IMG/VR virus record: IMGVR_UViG_3300036046_000003
Coordinates: 1 to 64,000 of that record
Source: a virus
Strand: one strand, 5' to 3'
DNA length: 64,000 nucleotides
Position 1 is the first letter of the stretch, and the number at the start of each line of letters is the position of its first letter. The position numbers and the translations under genes were made by a program. Below the pieces are notes generated by a model. That model was not told where the DNA came from and did not search any database. It saw only the letters and a program-made list of their open reading frames with translations. Shown piece by piece: positions 9,770 to 19,902 of the stretch.

Positions 9770-9794
9770 CGCCGCCCGCAAGGGTGGTTTTTTT
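9770..9794 (+). terminator. Rho-independent terminator after the recombinase
   Basis: GCCGCCC-GCAA-GGGTGGT followed by a T run. Confidence 0.6.
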
Positions 9795-9815
9795 GTTGTG
9801 TACCAGGAGGGTGCC

Positions 9816-10061
9816 TTGCTGACCGAACACGACAACGCCTGTGCCGTTTGTGGTCGCCCGGTTCGCCTGCGTCTCGGAGGGATACCAACGTACTACTGCA
9901 CGCCCTGCTTTAACCAGCACGAGCGGGAAATTATGGCGGGAGCGCCCTGGTGTAGGTATGTAATGAACGCAGAGCGCCAGCGACGTAAACGACGCAATAG
10001 GCTCATCAAAGCGGGAGTTTCGTTTTATTCGGTCAGTTTAGATAGGCGTCCGCCGCAGTAA
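9816..10061 (+). CDS. Small Zn-finger protein
   Basis: CAVC...CTPC, basic C-terminus, AGGAGG RBS. Confidence 0.55.
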   Translation: MLTEHDNACAVCGRPVRLRLGGIPTYYCTPCFNQHEREIMAGAPWCRYVMNAERQRRKRRNRLIKAGVSFYSVSLDRRPPQ

Positions 10062-10069
10062 AGGTTGTT

Positions 10070-10702
10070 ATGGCAAAACGCCGCATTGTAGGCTCTCCGC
10101 GCTTTGTGCCGGACGGGGGTTGTCGTATTTGCAAGGCACCCCTCGAAATTAAAACAGCGGTGGAAGATCGCATACGCACTACTCCGTACCGTCTGATTAT
10201 AGAAGAGTACAACAATCACTCCGCCTTTGAAGGCAAGCTTACAAAGGTAATGATCTCTCGGCATAAAATCTATTGTCTTCGAGGGTCGCAAAAGATACAC
10301 GTACCAGAAGTGCGTGTATTAGATCCGGTCAATAAAGCGGCGCTTACAAAGAGTGTGACCGCAATTGCAGGTTCCGCTATTCCAATTCCAGACGCCTTAA
10401 TGGCGATGATCTCTGTAGGGTTGCACAACCTTAAAGAGAACCCGCAACTAATGACCCCCTCCGTTACGCTACAGGCGATTGATATTCTACGTAAACTAGG
10501 TCTTGCGTCGGGAGCAAAAGACGCATTCGCGGACGCCTGGGGCGCGTTAGCAGAGGCACAGGCGGGTAAAACAAAGCGTAAGCGCCGAATAACCGTCGAA
10601 GAGGAAGTAACTTCGGAAGCGGACGCAATTGTAATTAACCCGGTTCCTGACGAATGGGACGCGGACGAACTGGCCGGTATTGACAGCGAAGAAGAGGAAT
10701 AA
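10070..10702 (+). CDS. Putative terminase small subunit
   Basis: CRIC...H...C N-terminal domain, acidic tail, position upstream of terL. Confidence 0.5.
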   Translation: MAKRRIVGSPRFVPDGGCRICKAPLEIKTAVEDRIRTTPYRLIIEEYNNHSAFEGKLTKVMISRHKIYCLRGSQKIHVPEVRVLDPVNKAALTKSVTAIAGSAIPIPDALMAMISVGLHNLKENPQLMTPSVTLQAIDILRKLGLASGAKDAFADAWGALAEAQAGKTKRKRRITVEEEVTSEADAIVINPVPDEWDADELAGIDSEEEE

Positions 10703-10705
10703 ATT

Positions 10706-11392
10706 TTGGCAGTGGTAAACCTCCCCCCCGGCGGCGAGATTTATGACGGTGCGGATTATTGGGTGCGGCCTGGGCGCGACGGTGCGCTGTACGTTGTGTA
10801 CTGCGGCGTTCGCCCGAAGACGTTTTCAAACCCTGAGTTTGGCCCGCAGGCGTATCGCCTGCTGCCTGACGGGCGGGTAGAGTGGATTAACTTTGCAAAG
10901 CCGCCCCGTGAGGGCATTCGTCCTTCGGTTATCGAGTACCCCGACCGTGCCGAAGTTACGTGGCCGCTCAAAGGCGGAAGAGCCTTTGACCGCGTTCCTT
11001 TGCCGGGGTACGTTCCCGCTACGTTTGGGGGCACAGTAGTCGCTCCGGTTCCGGTACAGCCACTCCCGCAGCCTACACCAGGCGGCCCCGCAGTGGACGA
11101 GGAAGCCCGCCAGTACACCACGGCGGTCAAAAAGGAATTGAAGGCCGACGTAGCCGCCCTGGATAAGCGCCTGGGCGCGCTAGAGGCTCGCCCAACGACT
11201 TCTGTGGCTGGGATTAGCCGAGACGAGAGCTGGCAGTTGGCCCGCGATAGTGTGTACTTCGACGTACAGCGGCCAGATAGCGGCATTCGTGCGGAGATTG
11301 CGAAGCTTATTGACGCTCGCCCAGCGCCGACCGACCGAAACGGTTTGAAGGCCCTCGTGCGCGAGGTGTTGCTAGAACTGCTGGCCGATTAA
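10706..11392 (+). CDS. Hypothetical protein (Pro-rich linker, coiled coil)
   Basis: Contiguous with the preceding gene. Confidence 0.6.
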   Translation: MAVVNLPPGGEIYDGADYWVRPGRDGALYVVYCGVRPKTFSNPEFGPQAYRLLPDGRVEWINFAKPPREGIRPSVIEYPDRAEVTWPLKGGRAFDRVPLPGYVPATFGGTVVAPVPVQPLPQPTPGGPAVDEEARQYTTAVKKELKADVAALDKRLGALEARPTTSVAGISRDESWQLARDSVYFDVQRPDSGIRAEIAKLIDARPAPTDRNGLKALVREVLLELLAD

Positions 11393-11591
11393 GGCGGCAT
11401 TTCAGACAAGTTCCCCTCGTTAGGGGACTTTGGTTCGGCGGCCACTAATGCCGCCGCCTGCGCAGCGACACGCGCTAGAGTGTCGCAAGACCGCCCCGCG
11501 CTCGCCGATATTGTGGACGTGATCACCCCTTATCGGCGGAGCTTCGCGGGGCGGTCTTTGCATTAAATGCAGAGGCTAGAGGAGGCTTCGC

Positions 11592-13172
11592 GTGGCCCGC
11601 AACAATACACGGGCGCGTAAAGAGGGGGCCGGACGGGTCGCCGCCTCTGGCGACGCGCAGGCTCCTAGCGCAATTATTAAAAAGACCTTGGCGGAAGCGC
11701 TGGTAGCGGGCTACGAAAATCCGGCACAGTTTTGCAGGGACTTTCTCGATTTTAGTCCCTACCCCGAGCAAGAGAAGTTTTTGCTGGCGTCACGCGACTG
11801 CGTGGAAAGCAATCTGGCGGGCGGCAACCGCGTTGGGAAGTCAGCCCTGGCCGGGGCGATTTTGTTGTGGCGGGCGTTCTACCGCTATATCTCTACGGTG
11901 ACGCGCCCCGATTTGGTTAGCCCTCACGTTACCTACAAAGCGGTAGCAACTTCACTAACGGCAGACCAAGCAAAATTGAGTTGGAATTACGCATACACCT
12001 ACGCGAATAACAGCCCCCGGTTTAAGCCCTTTATCGCGGACGTTGTGCATAGTCCGTTCCCGACAATGCGCCTGTCTGTGCCGCAAGTTTCTGGGGGCTA
12101 CGCGACGAGCGAGATTTGGGCACGGTCGCTCGCAAAGAACGGCCTGTATCTTCTCGGTCACTCCCTGAGTTTCGTTCTTATGGACGAATACGCTTTTATT
12201 AAGGGAGCTGACGTAATCGAAGATGAGGTTGTGCGTATGCGGTTGGCCGACCAGGGCGGCAATCTAATGCGGCTGTCGTCGCCCAACGGCAAAAACCACT
12301 TCTACGCCAAGTTTCAGAGCGGCATCGGCAACGCGCACACCTACTCACAGGCAATTCCTACGACGGCTAACCCCTACGTCAGCAAGGCGTATATTGAGGA
12401 GATGAAGCGGCTGATGCTGCCGGAGTATTACCGGCAAAACGTTCTGTGTGAATGGGTTTCGTTAAGCGACTTCTTCAAAACAGAACACATTCAAGCGCTT
12501 TACGCCGAGCAAGAGTACGAACTTCCGATGCCGCCCGTCACAAAAGGCGAATACGTATTAGGGGCCGACCTGGGCGCAATGCGCGACCCTACGGTTGTGT
12601 TTGTGCTTCGAGTAGACGTAACCCCGGCGCAGCTCGTCTACGTAATGACTGTTAAGAACGGCTCCTGGGCATCAAGTCGTGAAGCGGTACGCGCCGCGTA
12701 CCAACGCTACGGGCCGGTCTCCTCGGTAATCGACGCTACGGGTGTTGGTGCCCCGGTAGCGCAACAGCTTATTGAAGAGGACGGCTTTCAAAACACAGAG
12801 GCGTTTGTATTTAGTTCTGCATCAAAGCCCGAGGTATTGACGGCGTTGCAGGACGCAGTGCAGCGCCGGTCGCTCGTTTTTCCCTTCACCACCGATACCC
12901 GAGAACTTGTCAACCAAATGGGCTTCTACCGACTGGACGACAAGAGAATTGCGCAGGACTTTGTAATAGCACTCGCGCTGGTAAATCGCGCCCGAGAGCG
13001 TGCTAAAAAACAGAATGCTATGGAGACGATGATCCCCGACGATTTGCAGATTGTACCTGTTTGGGGAACAAACAAAGTGCCCCTCGATTTGCTGTTGCCG
13101 GAGGACGAAGCGTTTAGTGGTGGTATTCGTTTTCGTCACGAAGCAGACGGCACATTTACCCTGGCAGAGTAG
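11592..13172 (+). CDS. terL: Terminase large subunit
   Basis: Walker A GNRVGKS, Walker B VLMDE, SSPNG coupling motif, RNase H-like GADLG...D, IDATGVG. Confidence 0.92.
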   Translation: MARNNTRARKEGAGRVAASGDAQAPSAIIKKTLAEALVAGYENPAQFCRDFLDFSPYPEQEKFLLASRDCVESNLAGGNRVGKSALAGAILLWRAFYRYISTVTRPDLVSPHVTYKAVATSLTADQAKLSWNYAYTYANNSPRFKPFIADVVHSPFPTMRLSVPQVSGGYATSEIWARSLAKNGLYLLGHSLSFVLMDEYAFIKGADVIEDEVVRMRLADQGGNLMRLSSPNGKNHFYAKFQSGIGNAHTYSQAIPTTANPYVSKAYIEEMKRLMLPEYYRQNVLCEWVSLSDFFKTEHIQALYAEQEYELPMPPVTKGEYVLGADLGAMRDPTVVFVLRVDVTPAQLVYVMTVKNGSWASSREAVRAAYQRYGPVSSVIDATGVGAPVAQQLIEEDGFQNTEAFVFSSASKPEVLTALQDAVQRRSLVFPFTTDTRELVNQMGFYRLDDKRIAQDFVIALALVNRARERAKKQNAMETMIPDDLQIVPVWGTNKVPLDLLLPEDEAFSGGIRFRHEADGTFTLAE

Positions 13173-13180
13173 GAGCTACA

Positions 13181-14821
13181 ATGGGTTTTTTGGACGGGCT
13201 TTTTGGAAGAACGATGACGGAGGCCAACAGCCCAAAACCCGAGCTGCCCGAAACGAAAACAGACGCGACCGGCTACGGGAACCAAATTGACCCGCTTAGT
13301 CAAAGCGACCGTAAAGACGTAGCGGCGGTAGTACAGGCAGCGCAGCAAACCTTGCAAGCGCGGGGGCGAGCGGCCAGGTATACGGTCTTCGATGAAATGG
13401 ACGTTGAAGACGTAGCGGCTATGCTGGACGCCGTGGTAGACGCCGCCGTTACGTTTGAAGACGTTTCGACCGGGCGCGGCTTTAAGGTAGAGGCTGACGA
13501 CGCGACAATTCAAACGCTGCTGGACGAGGCCGTCAAGCGAGCCAGATTAAAGCCGCTGGTAGACGAGATTGCAAGAGACGTACTGAAATATGGGGACGCT
13601 TTTGTAGAGCCGGTGTTTGACCGGGGACTGCTGGTGTGGGCACAAACATACCGCCCCTCCGAGATTTTTGTGACCCGCGACGACAAAGGCCGCCTTACTG
13701 TCGGGAAAGACGCGGACGGCTTTTTTGCAGCGTATCAGCAGAAGCGCCAAGGGTCTGTTGTCGCCGGTTGGCAGCCTTGGGAAATGGTTCACTTCAAACT
13801 AGTACCGTCTCGTAAGTTGATCTACAGCGCTAAGAGCTTGCTTGACCCCGTAGTACCCGCGTGGCGCAAGCTACAGCTCGTAGAACAGGGTATGGTGGTG
13901 GCGCGTGTAACGCGAGCCTACCCGAGAAAAACGCACTACGTTGATATGACCGGCAAAGACAGGAACGAGCAGGAAACTACGCTTCGGGCCTATATCAATC
14001 GGCTTACCAACCGGGTTATGGGCCGCCGCCCCACCGACACAAATACAAACCTGCCCACGGTAGACGTTTCGGAGGACTTGTACGTTGCGACCGGCTACAC
14101 GACTGGCCCGGACGGAAAGCCGTACCCGAAGCTGAACAAAGTCGAAGTAGACGATCCCGCGATTGCCGGTTTGGCTGAGTTGGGCGACGTACACTACCTT
14201 CGGGCGAAAGTGTTTTCCACCGTTCCTTCGGATACGGTGGGGATTAAGCGAAATACCACCGCCGATGCAGACAGTCAGGATCTTGCGTATACGCGAATGC
14301 TGCGGCGGCTGCAAATTCAGCTCGAAGAAGGGCTTCGCGGTATTCTGGATCAAGTTCTTTTGTCCGCCGGAAAACTACCTTCAAAGACACCGTATCGAAT
14401 TGTGCTACCGGCAGTAGATATTAAAGCAAGCTGGCGGTTCGCAGACGCTCGCTTTCGCGCCTCCCTTACGCTGCGCAACTACCTGGAAACCGGGGCTATT
14501 TCTCGGCGCTGGGCGGTAAAGCAGGCATTTAACATCAGCGACCGCGAAGTAGACGCTATTTGGGATCAGGTAGCCGAAGAGGCAGCCAATCCTATTTTCC
14601 AGGTTGTGTTGGCCCCCGCAAGAAACGGCCAAGGGTCAGTAATGCCTACAACAGACGACCCTGACGGGGACGGGGAGACAGATACCGTACCTAGTGCGGC
14701 TGCGGTTATTCCGGCCACCGGGGCCGACCCGACAAAGCCGGGGACTACGAAAAACGGTATAAGTCGCGGTACTGACCTGGGTAAGACACTCAGAGGCAGT
14801 AACAGCGGCGGAGCGGGCTAA
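13181..14821 (+). CDS. Portal protein, T4 gp20-like
   Basis: KYGDAF, MVHF, WRKLQLVE..MVVARVTRA..R...YVD, L.ELGDV.Y; follows terL. Confidence 0.85.
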   Translation: MGFLDGLFGRTMTEANSPKPELPETKTDATGYGNQIDPLSQSDRKDVAAVVQAAQQTLQARGRAARYTVFDEMDVEDVAAMLDAVVDAAVTFEDVSTGRGFKVEADDATIQTLLDEAVKRARLKPLVDEIARDVLKYGDAFVEPVFDRGLLVWAQTYRPSEIFVTRDDKGRLTVGKDADGFFAAYQQKRQGSVVAGWQPWEMVHFKLVPSRKLIYSAKSLLDPVVPAWRKLQLVEQGMVVARVTRAYPRKTHYVDMTGKDRNEQETTLRAYINRLTNRVMGRRPTDTNTNLPTVDVSEDLYVATGYTTGPDGKPYPKLNKVEVDDPAIAGLAELGDVHYLRAKVFSTVPSDTVGIKRNTTADADSQDLAYTRMLRRLQIQLEEGLRGILDQVLLSAGKLPSKTPYRIVLPAVDIKASWRFADARFRASLTLRNYLETGAISRRWAVKQAFNISDREVDAIWDQVAEEAANPIFQVVLAPARNGQGSVMPTTDDPDGDGETDTVPSAAAVIPATGADPTKPGTTKNGISRGTDLGKTLRGSNSGGAG

Positions 14822-14931
14822 AAAGTCTCACACAAACCAACGCAAGGGCTATTCCTGCGTATACGGCCCGCGTCCCTGAGTTCTGCATTAAACGCAGTTC
14901 TCAAACGCGGGCCTTTCTATTGGAGCTGACT

Positions 14932-15990
14932 ATGACGAAGCTACGGGCAGGCCGGTCTGATTTGCCTGCCCCTTTTATTGAGCAGCGCGTTAGCCTTGCC
15001 AAAGTAGTTGAACAGCAAGACGACGGTACTCTTGTCTTTGAAGCCGTTGTATCCGAGACGGATTACGTCAACGAAAACAGGCGGATATACCCGTTGGAAG
15101 TTCTTTGGCCCGCCTTTGAACGGCTGAAACTGCGGCTGGAAAACCACCCCGGCGCGGTAGACCACCCGGATTATGTTGCCCCGGTAAGTGTGGACGACCT
15201 GGGTATTTTCTGGCTGGACTTCTGGCGCGAGGGTAACTTGATTGTCGGTCGGGGGCGCATTATCCCAACGGTGAAGGGAAACAACCTTCGAGCCGTTATC
15301 GAGGCGGGCGTCTCAGTGGGCTTTTCAACCCGTGGCTACGGCGAAGCCGAGGAAGAAACCCGAAACGGGCGCACCGTTTCGGTTATGCGCAAGTTTGATT
15401 TTGAGCCGGACGGGTCGATTGACGCGGTTGTGCGCCCCTCAGTGCGCCACGCGAGAACCCGTACCTACCGTAAGGAGAGCGAAGACTTGGACATTGAGAC
15501 GCTGACCGCTGAGCGCGACGAACTGCGTCAGAAGCTCGAAGCTGCCGAGGCCGCCGCACAGGCCGCCCACGAGAAGGCAACCGCAGCGGAGGGCCGCGCA
15601 GCCCAGGCAGAAAGCAAGCTGACGGAAGCCGACGAGCGCCTGACCGCCCTAGAGAATGAGGCTTTGACGCTTCGACTGGAGGCGGCAAAGGTTGCCCTGG
15701 AAAACAAGATTACTGGCCTGATTGGCGAGCACCGCTTTGCGGCCACTATTCGCGGTGAGCTTGCGGAGCTGCGCACTGCCGGGGTGGTAGTTACTGCGGA
15801 GAACGCCGAGGCAATTGTGGGTCGCCTGAAAAATCTGGTGGAAAGTTCGGCTACAGCGTCCGCCGAGGGCGCGCCGCGTGGCGTGTTGGCAAACGACGAG
15901 GACAGCCCCGCCGAAACCCCCAACTCGCAGCCGGGTAGCGGCTTTTTGACGGAAGAGCAGCAGGCCGACCTGCGGGCAATGGGTCTGTAA
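14932..15990 (+). CDS. Prohead protease (T4 gp21-like) fused to a coiled-coil scaffold
   Basis: NENRRIYP, G..DHP, GFSTRGYG, D.V..PS; Ala/Glu-rich coiled-coil C-terminal half. Confidence 0.85.
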   Translation: MTKLRAGRSDLPAPFIEQRVSLAKVVEQQDDGTLVFEAVVSETDYVNENRRIYPLEVLWPAFERLKLRLENHPGAVDHPDYVAPVSVDDLGIFWLDFWREGNLIVGRGRIIPTVKGNNLRAVIEAGVSVGFSTRGYGEAEEETRNGRTVSVMRKFDFEPDGSIDAVVRPSVRHARTRTYRKESEDLDIETLTAERDELRQKLEAAEAAAQAAHEKATAAEGRAAQAESKLTEADERLTALENEALTLRLEAAKVALENKITGLIGEHRFAATIRGELAELRTAGVVVTAENAEAIVGRLKNLVESSATASAEGAPRGVLANDEDSPAETPNSQPGSGFLTEEQQADLRAMGL

Positions 15991-16042
15991 TTTTTGAAAC
16001 AGTTCGGGCCGAGCGCGGCCCTTTAAGGAGTGTTGGTTACTA

Positions 16043-17218
16043 ATGGAAGAGCAGTTTCGGCCCGCCGCTGTAGAAGCATTTGAGCGTTCGCTGGTTGAAC
16101 AGAACGCACCCCTCATTGAGAGCTGGAAGCACGTACTCGATAGCGACAAAGCACCTGTTGTTAAGGGCGCGTATAGTCGATACGCCCTGGCGCGTCTGCT
16201 GGAAAGCACAAACAGGGTACTGGCCCGCGAGGCGACGCAGACGACAACCGTTTTTGGTACGAACTACCAGAAGACGATGCTGGGTATGACCCGCCAGATT
16301 TGGCCCCGTATGTTTGGTCAGCAGCTTGTGTCGGTTCAGCCGATGGATCGTCCCACCGGCCAGATTTTCCACCTGGCACTGACCCGCGATGACGGTTCGA
16401 CCGAGGGAGTGCGGCCCACGGACGACGCTTCTACGTGGAACGCCAGCCGATACGGCGTTTCACGCACCTACAGCGACCACACGACCGGCGAGGGGGGCGA
16501 AATTCAGAAGGGTATGGCCCTTTCGATCACTAGCTCCTCGGTTGAGGTTACGAAGGTTAAGAAGCTAAAGGTGGCGGCCAGCTGGGAGCTTGAAACCGAC
16601 CTGGCGGCCTACCACAACCTGAACGCACTGGATCTGTTGCAGGGCGCGGCTACTGACCAGATCGCCTACGAGATTGACGCGGATATTGTGCGCGCCGTTC
16701 GCAACGCGGCCATTGCGCACCGGACGGTTACGTTCGGCCCCGCGCCTTCCGGCTATCCGGTTGAGAAGTGGCCCACCCGTTTGCAGCGGGCCATTCTTAT
16801 GGCTGACCGCGCCGTTAACAAGGCCAGCCTGCGTCAGCCGAACGTTATGGTGGTCGGCTACGACGCAATGACCGAGCTAATGGATTTAAACACCTTTATC
16901 TTCGCACCTGCCCCGGGTTGGGATCAGGGTAGCTACGGCCTTGTGCCGGTGGGTTCGTTTAACGGCGTTTACAACGTCTTCCTGAGCCGGACGATCCCCG
17001 ACAACGAGATTTTGCTGGGCCGGAAGGGTAGCGGCTTTTTGGACGCGGGTATTGTCTACGCGCCGTATGTGGCGCTGTTCATTACAGACCGCTTCTTTGA
17101 CGTAGAGACGCAGAAGACGACGCAGAGCTTCGCCAGTCGTTATGACCTGTTTACTATGAGCAACACGAGCTACGCTCGCGTGGTACTTGACCCGAATGCC
17201 CCTGCTGGAATTGCCTAA
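16043..17218 (+). CDS. Major capsid protein, T4 gp23-like
   Basis: VSVQPMDRPTGQIF, KLK...S.EL..DL.AYH.L.A, EID.DI, DAGIVYAPYV, SRY. Confidence 0.92.
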   Translation: MEEQFRPAAVEAFERSLVEQNAPLIESWKHVLDSDKAPVVKGAYSRYALARLLESTNRVLAREATQTTTVFGTNYQKTMLGMTRQIWPRMFGQQLVSVQPMDRPTGQIFHLALTRDDGSTEGVRPTDDASTWNASRYGVSRTYSDHTTGEGGEIQKGMALSITSSSVEVTKVKKLKVAASWELETDLAAYHNLNALDLLQGAATDQIAYEIDADIVRAVRNAAIAHRTVTFGPAPSGYPVEKWPTRLQRAILMADRAVNKASLRQPNVMVVGYDAMTELMDLNTFIFAPAPGWDQGSYGLVPVGSFNGVYNVFLSRTIPDNEILLGRKGSGFLDAGIVYAPYVALFITDRFFDVETQKTTQSFASRYDLFTMSNTSYARVVLDPNAPAGIA

Positions 17219-17266
17219 ATCATAGGCGTTCCGCTCCCGAGAGACCCTTTGCTAGAATACAAACAG

Positions 17267-17308
17267 AAGGAGCCGATACCTACCTGGGTGTCGGCTCCTT
17301 TTGTTTTT
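17267..17308 (+). terminator. Terminator after the capsid gene
   Basis: AAGGAGCCGATACC...GGTGTCGGCTCCTT followed by a T-rich tail. Confidence 0.75.
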
Positions 17309-17328
17309 CTCGTGTAAAGGAGCCAGCT

Positions 17329-17664
17329 ATGCGCGGTGTGTATCAAATCACAGTCAAACGACCGGACAAAGAAGAATTAGTGTACGTAGGCCAAGCAAAG
17401 AACGTCCGTTCGCGATTTAACGCCCACCGGCGCGGCCTTGTGGCGGGCAGGCACGCGAACAAACACCTTCAAAACGCCTACGACAAATACGGGGCGCGTG
17501 CCTTTTCTTTCACTTTGCTGGAGCTACTGGACGCCGTAGAAGATATGACGCTGTACGAGGCGGAATGGTTCGATACGTTAGTGACGCGCTATGGACGACA
17601 AAACGTAGCCAATCACTACCGACCGGGCGCGCTGCCTGTCGGCAAAGTAAAAGAGGCCGCCTAA
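17329..17664 (+). CDS. GIY-YIG endonuclease (catalytic domain only)
   Basis: GVYQI...YVGQA....R...H...L...H.N..LQ.AY.KYG...F.F..LE. Confidence 0.88.
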   Translation: MRGVYQITVKRPDKEELVYVGQAKNVRSRFNAHRRGLVAGRHANKHLQNAYDKYGARAFSFTLLELLDAVEDMTLYEAEWFDTLVTRYGRQNVANHYRPGALPVGKVKEAA

Positions 17665-18455
17665 TGGCTAGCATTCCTTTTGGGCCGGTGACGACCCGCG
17701 TACCTTCTGTTGATTGGCTATTGGAGTACAATCGCGCAGGTCGCTTTTCCGCCGCGCTGGTACGTACCGCCCACGGAGTTGACGGCGGGTGGAACGAGAA
17801 AAACCGGCGCGCCCTTTTGCGCGGCGTTGAAACCGTAGTAGTCGGCTCCACCAACGGCGACCCCTCGTATGGTGGTATCGCTAAAAAGTTCTGGTATCCC
17901 GAACCTGCTGCAACCCTGGCAGAGCTTCGCCCGTGGCTGCGTTTGCGGCCTACGCTTACCGTGAAAATTGGTAACGAGCCGGACGTAATTTGGGAGCAAT
18001 TGGGCCAGGACGAAAAACATTGTTGGGTTTATCACTACTTTCTTGATCAAACGATTACTGATATTCGCGCTGAGTTCCCGCAAGCTAAAATCATCGCCCC
18101 CGGCCCCCGCATCGGTACGCCGAACTGGCATCGCTGGCTCGAAATTAGGGCCGACGTTTACCGGCGATGCGACTTTGTAGGTCTACACGTATACGGGTGG
18201 TGGCAGATTGTAGGCGACGGAAAGCGCGAGCTAGAGACGGCGCTGCCGGTATACAATCGTTTGTTCCCCGACAAGCCTATCTGGATTACGGAGCTAGGCA
18301 TTAACGCGGGCGCGCTGTCGGCTCGTGAAAAGCTGGCACGCTATCGAGCTACCTTACCTTTGCTGCCGTCCCGCGTAGCGGGGGTGGCTTTCTATAATGT
18401 ACATACGCCTGCGGAGTTTCACACGGAATACGCCATTCCGCGAGAGGCATTGTAA
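17664..18455 (+). CDS. Clan GH-A glycoside hydrolase
   Basis: GNEPD acid/base, GLHVY and WITELG nucleophile motifs. Confidence 0.8.
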   Translation: MASIPFGPVTTRVPSVDWLLEYNRAGRFSAALVRTAHGVDGGWNEKNRRALLRGVETVVVGSTNGDPSYGGIAKKFWYPEPAATLAELRPWLRLRPTLTVKIGNEPDVIWEQLGQDEKHCWVYHYFLDQTITDIRAEFPQAKIIAPGPRIGTPNWHRWLEIRADVYRRCDFVGLHVYGWWQIVGDGKRELETALPVYNRLFPDKPIWITELGINAGALSAREKLARYRATLPLLPSRVAGVAFYNVHTPAEFHTEYAIPREAL

Positions 18456-18470
18456 AAGAAAGGAAACCTA

Positions 18471-18575
18471 ATGGACGGCTGGCTACTCGTGGTCACATTG
18501 GTGTACGTGGGTATTTTGGTGGTCGGTATTTTCGCATTGGCCGACACCAAAGACGTAGATACGCGAGACGAGTAA
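18471..18575 (+). CDS. 34-aa single-pass membrane peptide (not in the ORF track)
   Basis: AAGGA RBS; translation MDGWLLVVTLVYVGILVVGIFALADTKDVDTRDE. Confidence 0.55.
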   Translation: MDGWLLVVTLVYVGILVVGIFALADTKDVDTRDE

Positions 18576-18650
18576 TACCCGGGGCGGTGTAATTCGCAGA
18601 AAAGCAGCCCTTCGCGGGGCTGCTTTTTCGTGCGCAATAAAGGAGGGCGC

Positions 18651-19877
18651 TTGTTTACAGTAACCTACACCGGGCCGGGGGTTTACGGTATTCCTGGGAT
18701 TGGAGAAGTGCTTCCAGGTCAGCAGTTTGCGGCTGCCCCAAATTTGCTACCTTGGCTAACCTCGAAACCCGATATTTTCTCTGTGGAAACCGACACCTAC
18801 GCCACGTTAGCTGAAAAGCGCCTGGGCTACTTTGGCCCGGTTTCGGCGGCCTTTGGGTACGGTGGGGCGGGTATTACGATTTTGCGGGCACTTTCGTTGC
18901 TGGACTACGAAGCCCGCGTAGCGCCGCACTACGCCGATAGCGCGCAATGGGGGGTTGTCAATACAACCGATCTACCTGCGGACGCGGCTATACAAATCGC
19001 ACACCGGGATTGGCTGCCTGAACTTGATATAGTTCATTGTTTGCCGGACGATCTGCCCCGCGCTAAGGCAAAGCGCCGCGTTATGTGGACGATGTTTGAA
19101 AGCGACCGCGTACCTGACGGCACTATTTCCGGCTTTGGCAACTGGCCGGAGCTTATTAACCGGGGTGCGGAGCGGCTAATCGTCCCCTGTCGGCACAACG
19201 CAGAGGCTTTTGCAAACGGCGGGGTCGAAGTCCCAATTACAGTAGTTCCTTACGGACTTGATACGGACGTATGGCCGTATATGGAGCGCCCCGAACGCGA
19301 TACGTTTACGGTGGTGCTATTCGGAGACCTGACCAATCGAAAAGGGCCGTTTGAGGCAGTAGAAGCGTTTCAATTGGCCTTTCCGAACGAGCGTAACGTC
19401 CGGCTTGTCTTGAAAACGCAGCACGGCGTACTTGGAAACCGTATGCGCGTAATCCCCACTTTCGCCGACACCCGCATTTCTGTGGTGTCTGAGACCTGGA
19501 CGCGGGCACAGTTAAAAGCTTGGCTGTACGACGCGGACTGCTTTATCTGGCCGAGCCGGGGGGAGGGTTGGGGGCTTTGCCCGCTCCAAGCAGCGCTTAC
19601 CGGGCTTCCCCTAGTAACAACTACGCATACGGGTATGGCCGAGTGGTACAACCCCCTTTACTTCTACGGGATTAAGGACTCCGGCACAAGCGAAAGTCCA
19701 CTCGGCGGTCTTTGGTTTGAGCCGGACGTAGAAGACGCAGCCTTTCAGTTGCGGTCGGTTTATGAAAATCGCAAGAAAGCGCTATCCAAAGCAAAACGCG
19801 GAGCCGCTTACGTCAGGAAAAACTTTAGCCTGGAAGCGTTCGCGAGGCGTTTAGGTTCGCTCCTCACAGAACTTTAA
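18651..19877 (+). CDS. Glycosyltransferase, GT4 (GT-B fold)
   Basis: GYG, TMFE, RKG, PSRGEGWGL.PLQA..TGLP.VTT. Confidence 0.88.
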   Translation: MFTVTYTGPGVYGIPGIGEVLPGQQFAAAPNLLPWLTSKPDIFSVETDTYATLAEKRLGYFGPVSAAFGYGGAGITILRALSLLDYEARVAPHYADSAQWGVVNTTDLPADAAIQIAHRDWLPELDIVHCLPDDLPRAKAKRRVMWTMFESDRVPDGTISGFGNWPELINRGAERLIVPCRHNAEAFANGGVEVPITVVPYGLDTDVWPYMERPERDTFTVVLFGDLTNRKGPFEAVEAFQLAFPNERNVRLVLKTQHGVLGNRMRVIPTFADTRISVVSETWTRAQLKAWLYDADCFIWPSRGEGWGLCPLQAALTGLPLVTTTHTGMAEWYNPLYFYGIKDSGTSESPLGGLWFEPDVEDAAFQLRSVYENRKKALSKAKRGAAYVRKNFSLEAFARRLGSLLTEL

Positions 19878-19902
19878 AAGACGCTCTTTTGCTGGGGAAC
19901 GT

